A DNA stretch of 63,824 nt, the filler included, from Octopus bimaculoides (taxonomy: Eukaryota), in the NCBI RefSeq assembly GCF_001194135.2. It is 6 parts of 6 records of this genome, joined end to end, with 100 filler letters (N's around TTAATTAATTAA, not from the genome) between each part and the next. Parts side by side here need not be neighbours in the genome. Positions count along the whole stretch, not along the records: positions 1 to 15,679 come from NC_068982.1; positions 15,780 to 44,483 come from NC_068981.1; 4 more parts are not named here. One strand, written 5' to 3'. Positions 13,540 through 25,586 of the stretch are shown here, in pieces. Position 1 is the stretch's first letter. Each line of letters begins with the position of its first letter. The notes under the pieces were generated by a model. The model was given only the letters and a program-made list of their open reading frames with translations. It did no database searches and had not been told where the DNA came from. Made by a program: the position numbers and the translations under genes.

Positions 13540-14512
13540 ACGTATTTATGAAGATATCCTTGTTTGATATTAGACTTCATCTAATTATTTGAATATCTCT
13601 GTACACAGCCAACATATAACAAACCTAAATATCTATTTTCATTGTAGTTTGTTTTCTCCTTAGTGTTATGCCTGGGGTTATTTAGGTCATTATGTTGTCA
13701 TTTGTACGATTTGAGTGATTTGTTTGTATTAATATTTGAAAGTTTTCTTCGACATCATCATATTCTAAATTATATTTTGACCGTTTGTCGCAAACAATAT
13801 CCAGTGAACAGACTCCAAATAAATGAGCCTATTAGTTGATTTTTATAAACCTACAACGTCTTTTGTATACAGTTGAATGTTGGATTTAGAATCGTGTGAA
13901 TGAAACCAACTTTTCTAAATCCTGGAAGAGACGAAGTCATTAATATGAACGATGTTGTAGTAATATATATAGTAGTAATAATTAAATGATTCATAAAATA
14001 TTTATTTATTTTTTCACAGTCTTCAGAAATATGTACTTGTCAAGGAACAGGGTTATACACCATCTACCACGCCCAGCTGTAATCACCTCTCATTAAAGAT
14101 CATTTCCATATTCTGAACGGAATTGAAAACGACGAACATATGGAGTTATGAACTGAGTAGGTTGTCAAAAGAATATAAGAAAAAAAAGAAAAGGGTAAGG
14201 GTTAGCTGCAATTTACCACAACTGGTCATAAGTAAAGGAAACTCACCGGAAATAGGCACAGCATTGTCACCAAATTTATAAATGGTGCTGACACGACAAC
14301 GAGACTGCAATATAAACAATCGTAAGTGCCATTCCGTTAAAATAGCTTATTGATATGTTTTGTTTCTCTTTTTTCCCTGATGAGATGATTACATTGTTTT
14401 ACATCTTTTTATTCCGTCAGGAATAATACCAATACTTTCTTCGAAACATATGTCGAAAGTATAACGATTTGAATAACACCTGCGTTTAACTCCATTTCTT
14501 AAATTATATTTA

Positions 14513-14581
<69 letters not shown>

Positions 14582-14687
14582 NNNNNNNNNNNNNNNNNNN
14601 NNNNNNNNNNNNNNNNNNNNNNNNNNNNNNNNNNNNNNNNNNNNNNNNNNNNNNNNNNNNNNNNNNNNNNNNNNNNNNNNNNNNNNN

Positions 14688-14730
<43 letters not shown>

Positions 14731-15336
14731 AAAGATTAGTAAAAGCAGCTGTTTGCAATATTATATCGTAGAGGAAAATTATAGTCACCAACTAAACTTG
14801 ACTGAAGTTGACTAAAATGTTCCAATGCTGTTGTTAAGCACATAGCGTATGCTCTGATACGGGCTGCAATCGCCCCGAACAACGAACCAAGAAATCCTTT
14901 GACTAACTGGCCAGTTACGCCTATTTCTGTAGCCACCTTCAATAAGGCCAACTCGTTCGGTTGATTCCAGCTCGGTTCGGTGTTCGGGTGACTGAAGCCC
15001 CTACCAGAGTATATGAATTCTCTGTCTGGACGTTTTATACATACACACCTTGTCTCTGAGGATGGAATTCCCATGTATGGAAGTGTTCACCCATTACCTA
15101 GGATACACCAGAAACAGCTGTAAAGCACTAATTACTTCTACTTCTCCGGTTTTCTTATTCGCCTTACTTTAATTAATTATTCTAAATGGACTGAAACATT
15201 TGTTCTGCATTCTGTGTGTGTATATGTGTGTGTATGTTTGTGTATGTATATATTTACATATAGCTGGAAAATAACAATATTGTATTGCAATAATATTTAT
15301 AATTTATATATATATAACCCTAACTCTAACCCTATA

Positions 15337-15500
15337 GGCGCAGGAGTCGCTATGTGGCTTACCAACCACATGGTTCCGGATTCAATCCCGCTGCGTGGCA
15401 CCGTGGGAAAGTGTCTTCTACTATATCCTCGGGCCGACCAAAGCCTTCTGAGTGGATTTCGTAGACGGAAACTGAAAGAAGCCCATCGCATATATATATA
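15337..15500 (+). mobile_element. SINE family A, 5' half
   Basis: Homologous to 599-760 (ACCAACCACATGGTTCCGG...GGGCCGACCAAAGCC...GGAAACTGAAAGAAGCC). Confidence 0.85.
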
Positions 15501-15679
15501 TCATCATCATCATCATCATCGTTTAACGTCCGCTTTCCATGCTAGCATGGGTTGGACGATTTGACTGAGGACTGGTGAAACCGGATGGCAACACCAGGCT
15601 CCAGTCTGATTTGGCAGAGTTTCTACAGCTGGATGCCCTTCCTAACGCCAACCACTCAGAGAGTGTAGTGGGTGCTTTT
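15501..15679 (-). mobile_element. 3' end of a retroposon (SINE/LINE tail ending in (GAT)n) inserted in the (TA)n of the family A SINE
   Basis: Minus strand reads ...GGCGTTAGGAAGGGCATCCAGC...CCATGCTAGCATGGAAAGCGGACGTTAAAC(GAT)n. The short-repeat tail is typical of RTE/L2-mobilised elements. Truncated by gap. Confidence 0.6.
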
Positions 15680-15779
15680 NNNNNNNNNNNNNNNNNNNNN
15701 NNNNNNNNNNNNNNNNNNNNNNNTTAATTAATTAANNNNNNNNNNNNNNNNNNNNNNNNNNNNNNNNNNNNNNNNNNNN

Positions 15780-15811
<32 letters not shown>

Positions 15812-16849
15812 AAGCTTATTTACCAACATAAAATGGAAGTCCTGATCAGGACCAGTGTTGCTGTTATTTAGTCCCAGGAAAAATACCATCGCACTAAGTG
15901 CTGGCTATCGACGCATTAACTACGTCCTTATATTTTCGAACAAGGGGGTTAGTGTCCCCACTCAGGTCTAAGCAATATCTGCGTACAATGGTTTCTGGGT
16001 TATTTGTCTTCATCATCACAGCATAATCGCTTGGCTAGAGACTGCGCCACTAGTTCTAGTTCAAAATATATACTTTTAAAAGTGACACACATCACTGATC
16101 TCATAAATAGAGGAATTATTAGTTCTAAATCTCTGAACTAGAAACATGCAACAACAGTAAGATAGAGTAAAGCTTATTTACCAAATTTATGTTGCCAACT
16201 TTGCCAACTTATATTGGTAAAACATTGCACTCGGCTGCCTATATCAATATATATATATATATATATACACATATATATATATAGGTAAACAATGAAAAAA
16301 TGCTTGCGTTCTTGCCGGTGTCTCCAGAGTGGAAGCAATATTATCGATAATGGCCCTCTCGCTGATAACTGAAGAGAAGTTGGTGGCCTTCTGTGTTTTC
16401 TGTTCTTCTGTGTATTTAGTATATATTCGTATGCTTATTTACTACACGTGCTTTTGAATTATATATATATCTGCCTTTTTGTAAGTCATCAGATGAAGTG
16501 CACACACAAACACGCACTCATATGCACGCATAATTCTTAAACGCACTTTTTCTAATGTTAAGCCTGACGCCATTGCAAGAAACAAGCACACTGTCGAAAA
16601 ACCCTCATGTTTTAGCGAAGGATGACAAGCTCTTTATTCATAAACACCGAAATCAGGCTACACAGTGTGGGACTAAAAACGCAGTTTCAGTGCCAGATCA
16701 TAATCTCGCAGTTAATATTAGTAGTGATGCATCACTTCTTGTCAATGTAGTTAAGAGGGCATCGATGCTTCTGAGTGGTGGGGTGAGTCCTGTGATCTTT
16801 CAGAAAGAGAGAACGAGAATCCATACTTGTTATATTGAATACATGTGTC

Positions 16850-17100
16850 CTCATAAAAACTTAGGAGCAGGTGCTTGAGAAATTTATATGGAGTGAGTGA
16901 CTGTAAATGTATTCAAGAAACAGATATTCTATCGTCTGAGATTCAAGATGTAGCAACATCACAGAACAAACGCAACCGAAGGAATGGTATCCTCATGCAC
17001 CAAAAGGCCAATTATAGAAAGAGGGCTGTAATATTACTGGTGGTGACCAAGTATAGGCAGAGCCCATGGACTGGAACTAGTGAAAGATAAAGAATATATC
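16850..17100 (+). pseudogene. Possible degraded R4/Dong-like LINE C-terminal fragment
   Basis: Frame reads ...QPKEWYPHAPKGQL*KEGCNI, resembling the KWYxHxPxxVxENxxxxILWD segment before the RLE nuclease. Weak. Confidence 0.3.
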
Positions 17101-17315
17101 TACGAATAGATAAAAGAATAATTAGTACACAGATACACACACACACACACACACATCTATACACTCTTTTCTCCTACACCTCTTATCCTACACTTGCATA
17201 ACTTCACACATCTCTAGCTAGGCACCTGCACTCAACATCGCTCATCTTTTCATATGCCTATCTACCTACATGGATGCATACATGCAACACTACAAACTCG
17301 CCTTGTCAGTTTATA

Positions 17316-17611
17316 GAATTATCGTAGAAATCATGTTTTCCTAAACGGTAAAAGTAAAAATTATAAATAATAAGGGTGGTTTGTTCGCAATTTTACAACC
17401 GAAAGGCAGAAATATATACGTCATTAATGTGACTGAGGGCTCCAGTCAGCACCAGTATTGCTAAAAATGAGAGTTAAAACACCTTATCTTAATGACTGAC
17501 AAGGGGTGCAAGCTTCTCCAGCACTTAGGCATAGCCAGATCACAGCAATTTCGCATTCATATTAATGCTCGTCAGTTACTCTTACCCAGCGCCTTGGGTT
17601 AAAGTCAACTA
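17316..17611. mobile_element. Unclassified ~296 bp insertion flanked by a 16 bp direct repeat
   Basis: GCCTTGTCAGTTTATA at 17300-17315 and at 17612-17627. Confidence 0.5.
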
Positions 17612-17719
17612 GCCTTGTCAGTTTATATATATATATATATATATGGATATATATACCACACCATAAAATATAGAGTGTTCTTATTCGGATATATAATACA
17701 TTGACAATCAAATATATAA

Positions 17720-17792
<73 letters not shown>

Positions 17793-19347
17793 TATTAGTT
17801 AATAAATTGAATGGTATACACTCATACATACTGATATATGAACATATACACACATAAAAAAAAAATAGGCACGCATAGGCAACTTATTTCTGTTTACTAT
17901 ATCTCATTTTTTCTCCAGTGTTACTTTTCCCACCTCTCTCTCTTTCTCTCTCTCTCTCTGTCTTCCTTATTTTCAAATTTTCAGATTCCTGTCTGTACAT
18001 AACAAATAAGTACACTTTGAATACATTCACTAACATATCAGGAGACAGAGTGATAAAAAGAATAAAAAAAGAGAAGTGATACTAGGGTTAAAATAGTAAG
18101 AAAGAGAGTACAGATCTCTTTTGTGAAGTTGTTAAAGAATATAAAGATATGCTGACATTAGTCTCGTATCATCTATGCATTTATATACGCATTTGAGCAC
18201 ATATCTACCTGCAGTCTTTGTCTCTCTATCTATCTCTCACGCGCACAGACAAAAAAGGTATTTTCCTCGGGGAGTCTGGAGATGGCAGTAATTTCGATTT
18301 GATTCTTTTTCTTTTATCTTATCGAGATTGCTGGACTCATGTAAACTTCACTTAGACAATATAGTCGGCGAAAACGGTAGGACGTAGAAAAAGCTTCAGG
18401 CGAGCCAAGTTTTGTGCAGATCACGTGTATCAATGGAAAATTTGCCAAAGTCGACGTTTTATTTTTCATCTCTTTTGGTTCGAGACAACCTGTAAAACAT
18501 TATTCCGATCTCGACCAACAATGGCGATGGATCGGGAGAATCAGTAAAGCGCTAGACTTCGTATATTGAAATGCTTTGTTACACTTATTTCTCGTTTTGT
18601 ATTCAAAATCCCCCGAAGGTTCATGGATCGATAAAATATAGCTTCTGTTTAGTCAGCTAATATGCTACCGATATAATAGTAGGTGAGCGTTCTTATCCAG
18701 TTAATGGTTTTGGAATCAGACACAGAGAGGCGTGTACAGCTGAGAAAGTTCATTTTTCATACTTAATTGGCAGTAGAGCTCTGAGTTTTAAGGACATATA
18801 ATTTGTACTGAATGCTTTTTACGGACGGGTTTTATGACAGATTTTTTTCGAACAACTGAGATGAACATGTGTGATTCTGTTTGGTTTGAGTTGCATTGAC
18901 TGAGTAGGCTACGTGATGCATCCAAATAGGATAGAAATGAGTATTTATTTAGACTTTGTGCAGCGGTGTCTCTATCTCTTCCTTCAGTATCCAGCTTGTT
19001 TGAGTTGCTCAGTTACTTATGATAGGAATGTATCCTGAACATACCAGCTTGTAATATTAAGATAATTGCATGATGTTTATTTATATGAGACAAAGAGAGA
19101 GAAGGTAATTTACGCGCGCACACACACCCACACACACACACACAAACACATACGCACACACATGACAAATAAAGAAAATATAATTTTATTCTTACATACA
19201 TTTAACTTATTTTCTGAGAAAACATGCTTTTACCTTTGAAAATATACTCTGCTAATTTACATAATTACTTGAAAAGAATTATTTTTCTATTCAACTTTTC
19301 TAATGTTCATTGCAATACTTGTTGGTATACAATATTGTCATCCTTTC

Positions 19348-19572
19348 TAAGGCAGCCTGCTGGCAGAATCGTTAGCACGTTAGTAAAATCGTTAGCAGAA
19401 TGTTTAGTGGCAGTTCACCCGTTTTTACGTTCTGAGTTCAAATTCCGCTGAGGTCGACTTGCCTTTCATCCTTTCGAGATCGATAAAATAAGTACCAGTT
19501 GAGCACTAGGGTCGATACCGTCTACTTACCCCTTCTCCCGAACTCGCTGGCCTTGTGTCAAAATTTGAAACC
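19348..19572 (+). mobile_element. SINE family B, full length, with decayed 17 bp TSD
   Basis: Family B head and body. Flanks AATATTGTCATCCTTTC (19331-19347) and AATATTCTAAGCTTGTC (19573-19589). Confidence 0.85.
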
Positions 19573-19599
19573 AATATTCTAAGCTTGTCTGTCAGAAGC

Positions 19600-22040
19600 T
19601 CAAAAGAACAAGTCTCTATTGTTTTCAACTCTGGAAAAAGCCACAAACTATTAACAATGGGAAAAACAATGTTTTCATTATATCAGGTCTGTTCTTACTT
19701 TTATTGAGGTCTTCACTGGTACATTCCACCAGTACTCCTTTTTATCATGAGTGGCTACGACTTCTAGCTACCATATTGTGAGTTCTTATTTCTTTGTCCT
19801 CGGGATTATCTTTGTCCTCGGGATTAGTCTAGTTTATAGTTTTCCTCCTTTTCACAACCATACAACAACATTTGTCCTGACCAAACTCCAACTCTAAATC
19901 CTTTGAGAATGCTGTAACTAGGTCAAGGCTCTTTTTTATGGATTTCATTATAGAGTGGCCTAGCTACAACGTCATGTCTCATTGGTAGATAATACCGTAA
20001 TGCCATTTTCGGAGAACTGCTTATGATGTAGGTGATATCTTCAGTGTGAAGTCCTCAAAGACTGCATCGGTTGTCACACTTTACGGCTTTACCTGCGTCT
20101 CTATCCCTTTTGTGCAACAAGCACTTGGTTGATATTTCCTGTTCCTAGATTGCAAACGCATACCCTTCAAATTGGGAGGTAGTAATCCGGCTATTGGTCC
20201 ATGATAAACTGCTTTGATGATCGATGTTACTATCATCACGGAGCTTTCTAGTAACATGCCCAAAGATAGTCTTTTGCTCATATAGGCTCATTCTTTCATC
20301 TGATGAAAAGTCACGGTAGAGTCGTGCGACTTCTTTGGGCATGTATTCTAGGTTATCAGACAAAGAGTGTTGTTCAAGGAGCTTCCTTCCATGTCTTATG
20401 ATGTTATCAGTCTCATGTATGCAAACTTAGTCAAGGGATGCACTTTGACACTTGGAGGTTAAAAAATATTGCCGAAGGGATATGATGCGACATTCAAAGG
20501 CATTTTGGATCGATGTTAAGCCTCTGTCGCATTGTTTTCGTTTAAGGTAGAGGCGGTCTACATCACTGTTTATGTGGAAAGTATGTGTGCTTGTTAGTAT
20601 TTTTCGGGTTTTCACATCAATTACTCGGATCTCATCAAGCGTCCAATGAAGCAGCCCAAATGTTGGTATAAGTACTGGCACTGCAAACATATTGCTGGTC
20701 ACTGTTTTATTGAATGCAGAGAGTTCTGAGGTCCAAATTTTCTTTATTCGACTATAATATTCTTTAGTGACACGTGTTTCATTACAAGTGCCATTGTAAG
20801 ATATATTTTTGTCCACTCCTAGATACCTGTAACATTCCTCGTCAGGTATAGGGGTAACAGTCAAATCATTGATGGAGATGTTACTAGTCTAGTTTATAGT
20901 TTTCCTCCTTTTCACAACCATATAACAACATTTATCGCGACCAAACTCCAACCCTACATCCTTTGAGAATGTTGTAACTAGGTCAAGGCCCTTTTTCATC
21001 TCATGCATATTCTTTGCATAAAGTTTTAAGTCCTCCACAAAGAAACAGTGTGTAGTTTTGATATTTCTGTTTCCTTGTGAACCAGTCAGATGTCCTTCAG
21101 TCTTCCTTAGGGATTTATAAAAAGGATAAACAACATTACAGAGAGGCTGTCCCCTTGAAATATGCCTTTGCGATACTGTATTCTATCGGTGATAATACAG
21201 TCACTCAGCGTTTAATTTTAAGATGGTGGCCCACGATGAAGTCAGGTCAGTTATGGCTTTGACTATTCTCACTGAAACTTTAGCAAGTTGAAGGGCTTCT
21301 AGCATCCATGAGTAGGGAACAGAGTCAAAAGTTTCCTTGTAGTCTAGTCTCCTATGCTCTAGCACATCTGACATCACACTTTTGTTTATCAACAATTGTT
21401 CGGCACATACCCAGACTCCATTCTTCCTAGTTGCTTGTTCTGTTGTGATAATGTTATTGGTTTCACAATGGTCCCGGAGGAAGAAGTTCAATCATACTGT
21501 ATATATTTTATACATTAAGTTCTAGCATGCAATTGACTGGTAGATTTTGCCATGTGGATGGTTCTGCATTTGGGGATCAATTTTGTCTCTGCCAGAGCAA
21601 ACCAGCGTGGTATGCTACTGTTCCCAATAAAAGCTTGCTGGTACAGATTGATAAGATATGATCGGTAGAATGTTAGCTTGTTGTACCAATATCCAACAAT
21701 CAAGTCTCTTCTAGGTACTTTTCCATCCTGGAGTTGCTGGATGACAGTTCCAAGATTTTCACCATCAATGTTGTATGTCTTGGATGTAACTCAGGAGCAA
21801 TAACTTTTTCAGATTCCTTCCAGCCACAGAGCATCTTGATTAAATTCCTTTTCTTCACTTCAGATTTTCCCCCAGAGGAGTCTATGTCTTCTCGTGAAGG
21901 TGCTTCCGTGATGTTTGCTGCTCCTCCTCTCATGTCTCTGTATACCGCTGCCTGGTTGCAGTTAAATCTTTTGTTTATTGTTCTTCTCTCGGTTATTCTC
22001 TTCTGATGTCGGAGTTTTTCATTAACAGTTTTTAGCTCCT
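19600..22040 (-). pseudogene. Degraded R4/Dong-like non-LTR retrotransposon (RT, CCHC and RLE regions)
   Basis: Fragmented frames: APSREDIDS, IVGYWYNKL..WFALAETKLIPK, EQLLINK..LDYKETFDSVPYSWMLEAL, YRYLGVD..SDVDRLYLKRKQCDRGL, ITYIISSSPKMALRYYLPMRHDVVA, WNVPVKT. Many stops and frameshifts. Confidence 0.85.
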
Positions 22041-22814
22041 ACTTGTTCATTTTATATTTGCATGTGAATGTGCGTGAGCTGTGTGTGTGTATGTGCCTGT
22101 GTGTCTGTGTACCTATATGTCTGTATGTTTGTGTGAGCACGCGCGCACATGCTTGCGTGTTCCTGTGTTTGATCGTGATTGCATGTGTGCATGCATGAGT
22201 CAGTGAGCATATCAAAGTATTTTTGTGTGTGTACATGCGCGTACATGAGAGTATACGCGATATGATTTGCATGTGTGCATATGCGTGTGTATGTAAGTAT
22301 GTGAACATATTTGTGTGTGTAAATGTGCATATCTGTGTGCGCGTGTGAAACTCCATCAGCGATATTTAAATTAGGGATTGTCATTTATTTTATCAGTAAT
22401 GCTAACGTTACTGTTCGTGCCATCAAATGAATTCACAGCCTCATTTTTATCGCCCAGCCTTTGTCATAGTCTCTACATTTCCACTGCTACATTCCTGCCT
22501 TACATATAAAACTGTCCCGTTTTTTTTCTTTCACATAAGTGAAACAAATGAACGGGCAGTGGATTGATTCTAAGTCACACGTTCTCTCTATTTAGTCATA
22601 CCCAATTCCCTTTCTTACACACACACATACACACACAAATATTTGTCATCGTCGCTGTCGAAATTGATGTTTTGATAGTCTGTTTATCTAAAGCAGACCA
22701 GACAGAGGTAATTCACTGTCTGTAACACAACAAATGTTTGTGCGTGTGTGAATCTGGACATGTGTATCTTTATATACACGTGTCTGATTATATAATCATC
22801 AGAATTCAAGTGGT

Positions 22815-22816
<2 letters not shown>

Positions 22817-22879
<63 letters not shown>

Positions 22880-22958
22880 GTGGTCTGTCTGTCTGTCCGT
22901 CCGTCCGTCCGTCCGTCCGTCCGTCCGTCCGTCCGTCCGTCCGTCCGTCCGTCCGTCC

Positions 22959-23033
<75 letters not shown>

Positions 23034-23095
23034 AATCAATCTACCAATCTATTTAGCTATCTATCAATCTATTTAGCTATCTATCAATCTATCCA
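22817..23095. repeat. Compound tetranucleotide microsatellite (TATC)n-(GTCC)n-(CTGT)n-(TATC)n
   Basis: Directly visible. Confidence 0.95.
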
Positions 23096-23282
23096 TAGAT
23101 ACATACACACATATACACACATGCACACACATAAATACACACTTGAATCTTGAATATGTTTAATCAAGACGCGCATACATAAAGAAATGTTGCTGCATGC
23201 ACATTGATAGGTATATTAATAAACATGCCTTACTGCATGAATGCATATGCATATGTGATTGTATATATATATATATATATAT

Positions 23283-23469
23283 AGGGTCAGGAGTGGCTGT
23301 GTGGTAAGCAGCTTGCTTACCAACTACATGGTTCCGGCTTCAGTCCAACTGCGTGGCACCTTGGGCAAGTGCCTTTTACTGTAGCCTCGGACCGACCAAA
23401 GCCATGTGAATGGATTTGGGAGATGGAAATTGAAAGAAGCCCGTCGTATATATATATATATATATATAT
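23283..23469 (+). mobile_element. SINE family A, 5' half (gap follows)
   Basis: GGAGTGGCTGTGTGGTAAGCAGCTTGCTTACCAAC...GGCAAGTGCCTTTTACTGTAGCCTCGGACCGACCAAAGCC. Confidence 0.85.
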
Positions 23470-25005
23470 NNNNNNNNNNNNNNNNNNNNNNNNNNNNNNN
23501 NNNNNNNNNNNNNNNNNNNNNNNNNNNNNNNNNNNNNNNNNNNNNNNNNNNNNNNNNNNNNNNNNNNNNNNNNNNNNNNNNNNNNNNNNNNNNNNNNNNN
23601 NNNNNNNNNNNNNNNNNNNNNNNNNNNNNNNNNNNNNNNNNNNNNNNNNNNNNNNNNNNNNNNNNNNNNNNNNNNNNNNNNNNNNNNNNNNNNNNNNNNN
23701 NNNNNNNNNNNNNNNNNNNNNNNNNNNNNNNNNNNNNNNNNNNNNNNNNNNNNNNNNNNNNNNNNNNNNNNNNNNNNNNNNNNNNNNNNNNNNNNNNNNN
23801 NNNNNNNNNNNNNNNNNNNNNNNNNNNNNNNNNNNNNNNNNNNNNNNNNNNNNNNNNNNNNNNNNNNNNNNNNNNNNNNNNNNNNNNNNNNNNNNNNNNN
23901 NNNNNNNNNNNNNNNNNNNNNNNNNNNNNNNNNNNNNNNNNNNNNNNNNNNNNNNNNNNNNNNNNNNNNNNNNNNNNNNNNNNNNNNNNNNNNNNNNNNN
24001 NNNNNNNNNNNNNNNNNNNNNNNNNNNNNNNNNNNNNNNNNNNNNNNNNNNNNNNNNNNNNNNNNNNNNNNNNNNNNNNNNNNNNNNNNNNNNNNNNNNN
24101 NNNNNNNNNNNNNNNNNNNNNNNNNNNNNNNNNNNNNNNNNNNNNNNNNNNNNNNNNNNNNNNNNNNNNNNNNNNNNNNNNNNNNNNNNNNNNNNNNNNN
24201 NNNNNNNNNNNNNNNNNNNNNNNNNNNNNNNNNNNNNNNNNNNNNNNNNNNNNNNNNNNNNNNNNNNNNNNNNNNNNNNNNNNNNNNNNNNNNNNNNNNN
24301 NNNNNNNNNNNNNNNNNNNNNNNNNNNNNNNNNNNNNNNNAATTTAATTTATCAAAATTAAAATTAAGTTGAATTTCACAATATATAATATATAAATATA
24401 TAATTTAGAGAAAAAACCCCACAATTCTTGAATTCATCCATGAAAATCCACAGTCACATATAGAAAAAATTAATTAGTAAATACACTAAAAAGACCTATA
24501 ATAAAAATACAAAGTAATAACTATTAAAATAATAAAACGACTATACGTGTTTCATAACCACATTTTCAAATAGAAAATTAAATAAAAATCAAATCGATTC
24601 AAATCGATTCAAAATAAACCGATCGAAAATCGACTCTATTCAAAAATATAGCTAATCTTCGGGTCAAAATACAATAATAATCATAATAAAATGAATGTGT
24701 ATATATTAACTAACAATAAATAAGAAATGAATTTATATAAAAATACTTATTTTACCAATAAATAAAAGAAAAACATTTAACAGTATTACTGGAAATAAAT
24801 GTAATACTTATCTTATCGAAGCTTTAGTTTAAACTAAAATTTTAAACGTTATACTATTAATTTAATTTAAGATTATTAGAATTAAGTATGTATATATATA
24901 TATATATCGATAAACTTGGAAATGGATGCGTGGCTTTCAATCGTATAACAATATAAATAATATATATATAAGCATATATACATACATACATATGTGTACA
25001 TACTG

Positions 25006-25039
<34 letters not shown>

Positions 25040-25044
25040 TTGCA

Positions 25045-25527
25045 TATATGAGTACTGGACGTCACAAAACGTAAACAACATGAAATACGAAAACATACTT
25101 TTTTTACGAACAATGAGAGAAACAAATGGAAAACAAGACAAGTAACATAAAGAACGACCCTTCATCAGTTGTTGACTGTTTATGCACTCCACATTTCGAG
25201 CAATTCACAACAATATGTGCCTTCGAGAAAACAGTTGCACACGCAAACCAAATTATAATTTGGGATTTTGCGAAGGGTCAAAGTTGGTAACAAAAACAGG
25301 ACAGTGAAACAAATAGTGAAGGCTGCTAAGCTAGATGGGGTAAGGTGGCGAACGCTGTGGGACATTCCTTAGCAGGAGAAAATATAGGAGAGGAGACAGA
25401 CGAGAATACGTCTGGTCTTTGCAGCAGACCGGAAGAAAAGAAAGATGAACATGTGTAAAAAAAGATGGACGATGGTCTCGTGTGACCAACGAGAGAGTAA
25501 AGGAGGAAGAGGGAGAGAAAGAGAGAG

Positions 25528-25586
<59 letters not shown>

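Noticed and set aside
15724-15735. TTAATTAATTAA islands inside N runs (also 44528, 57983, 60762, 62640)
   Set aside because: Identical 12-mer with stops in all six frames, centred in a 44N+12+44N = 100 bp block (checked at 15680-15779). This is an assembly join spacer, not biology, and adjacency across these joins is unreliable.
16563-16783. + strand open segment ending at a strong GGG|GTGAGT donor
   Set aside because: The acceptor is weak and the peptide is unrecognisable; insufficient support for an exon.
24585-24640. AAATCGATTC tandem and related iteron-like repeats
   Set aside because: Two short copies in very AT-rich DNA; nothing indicates function.
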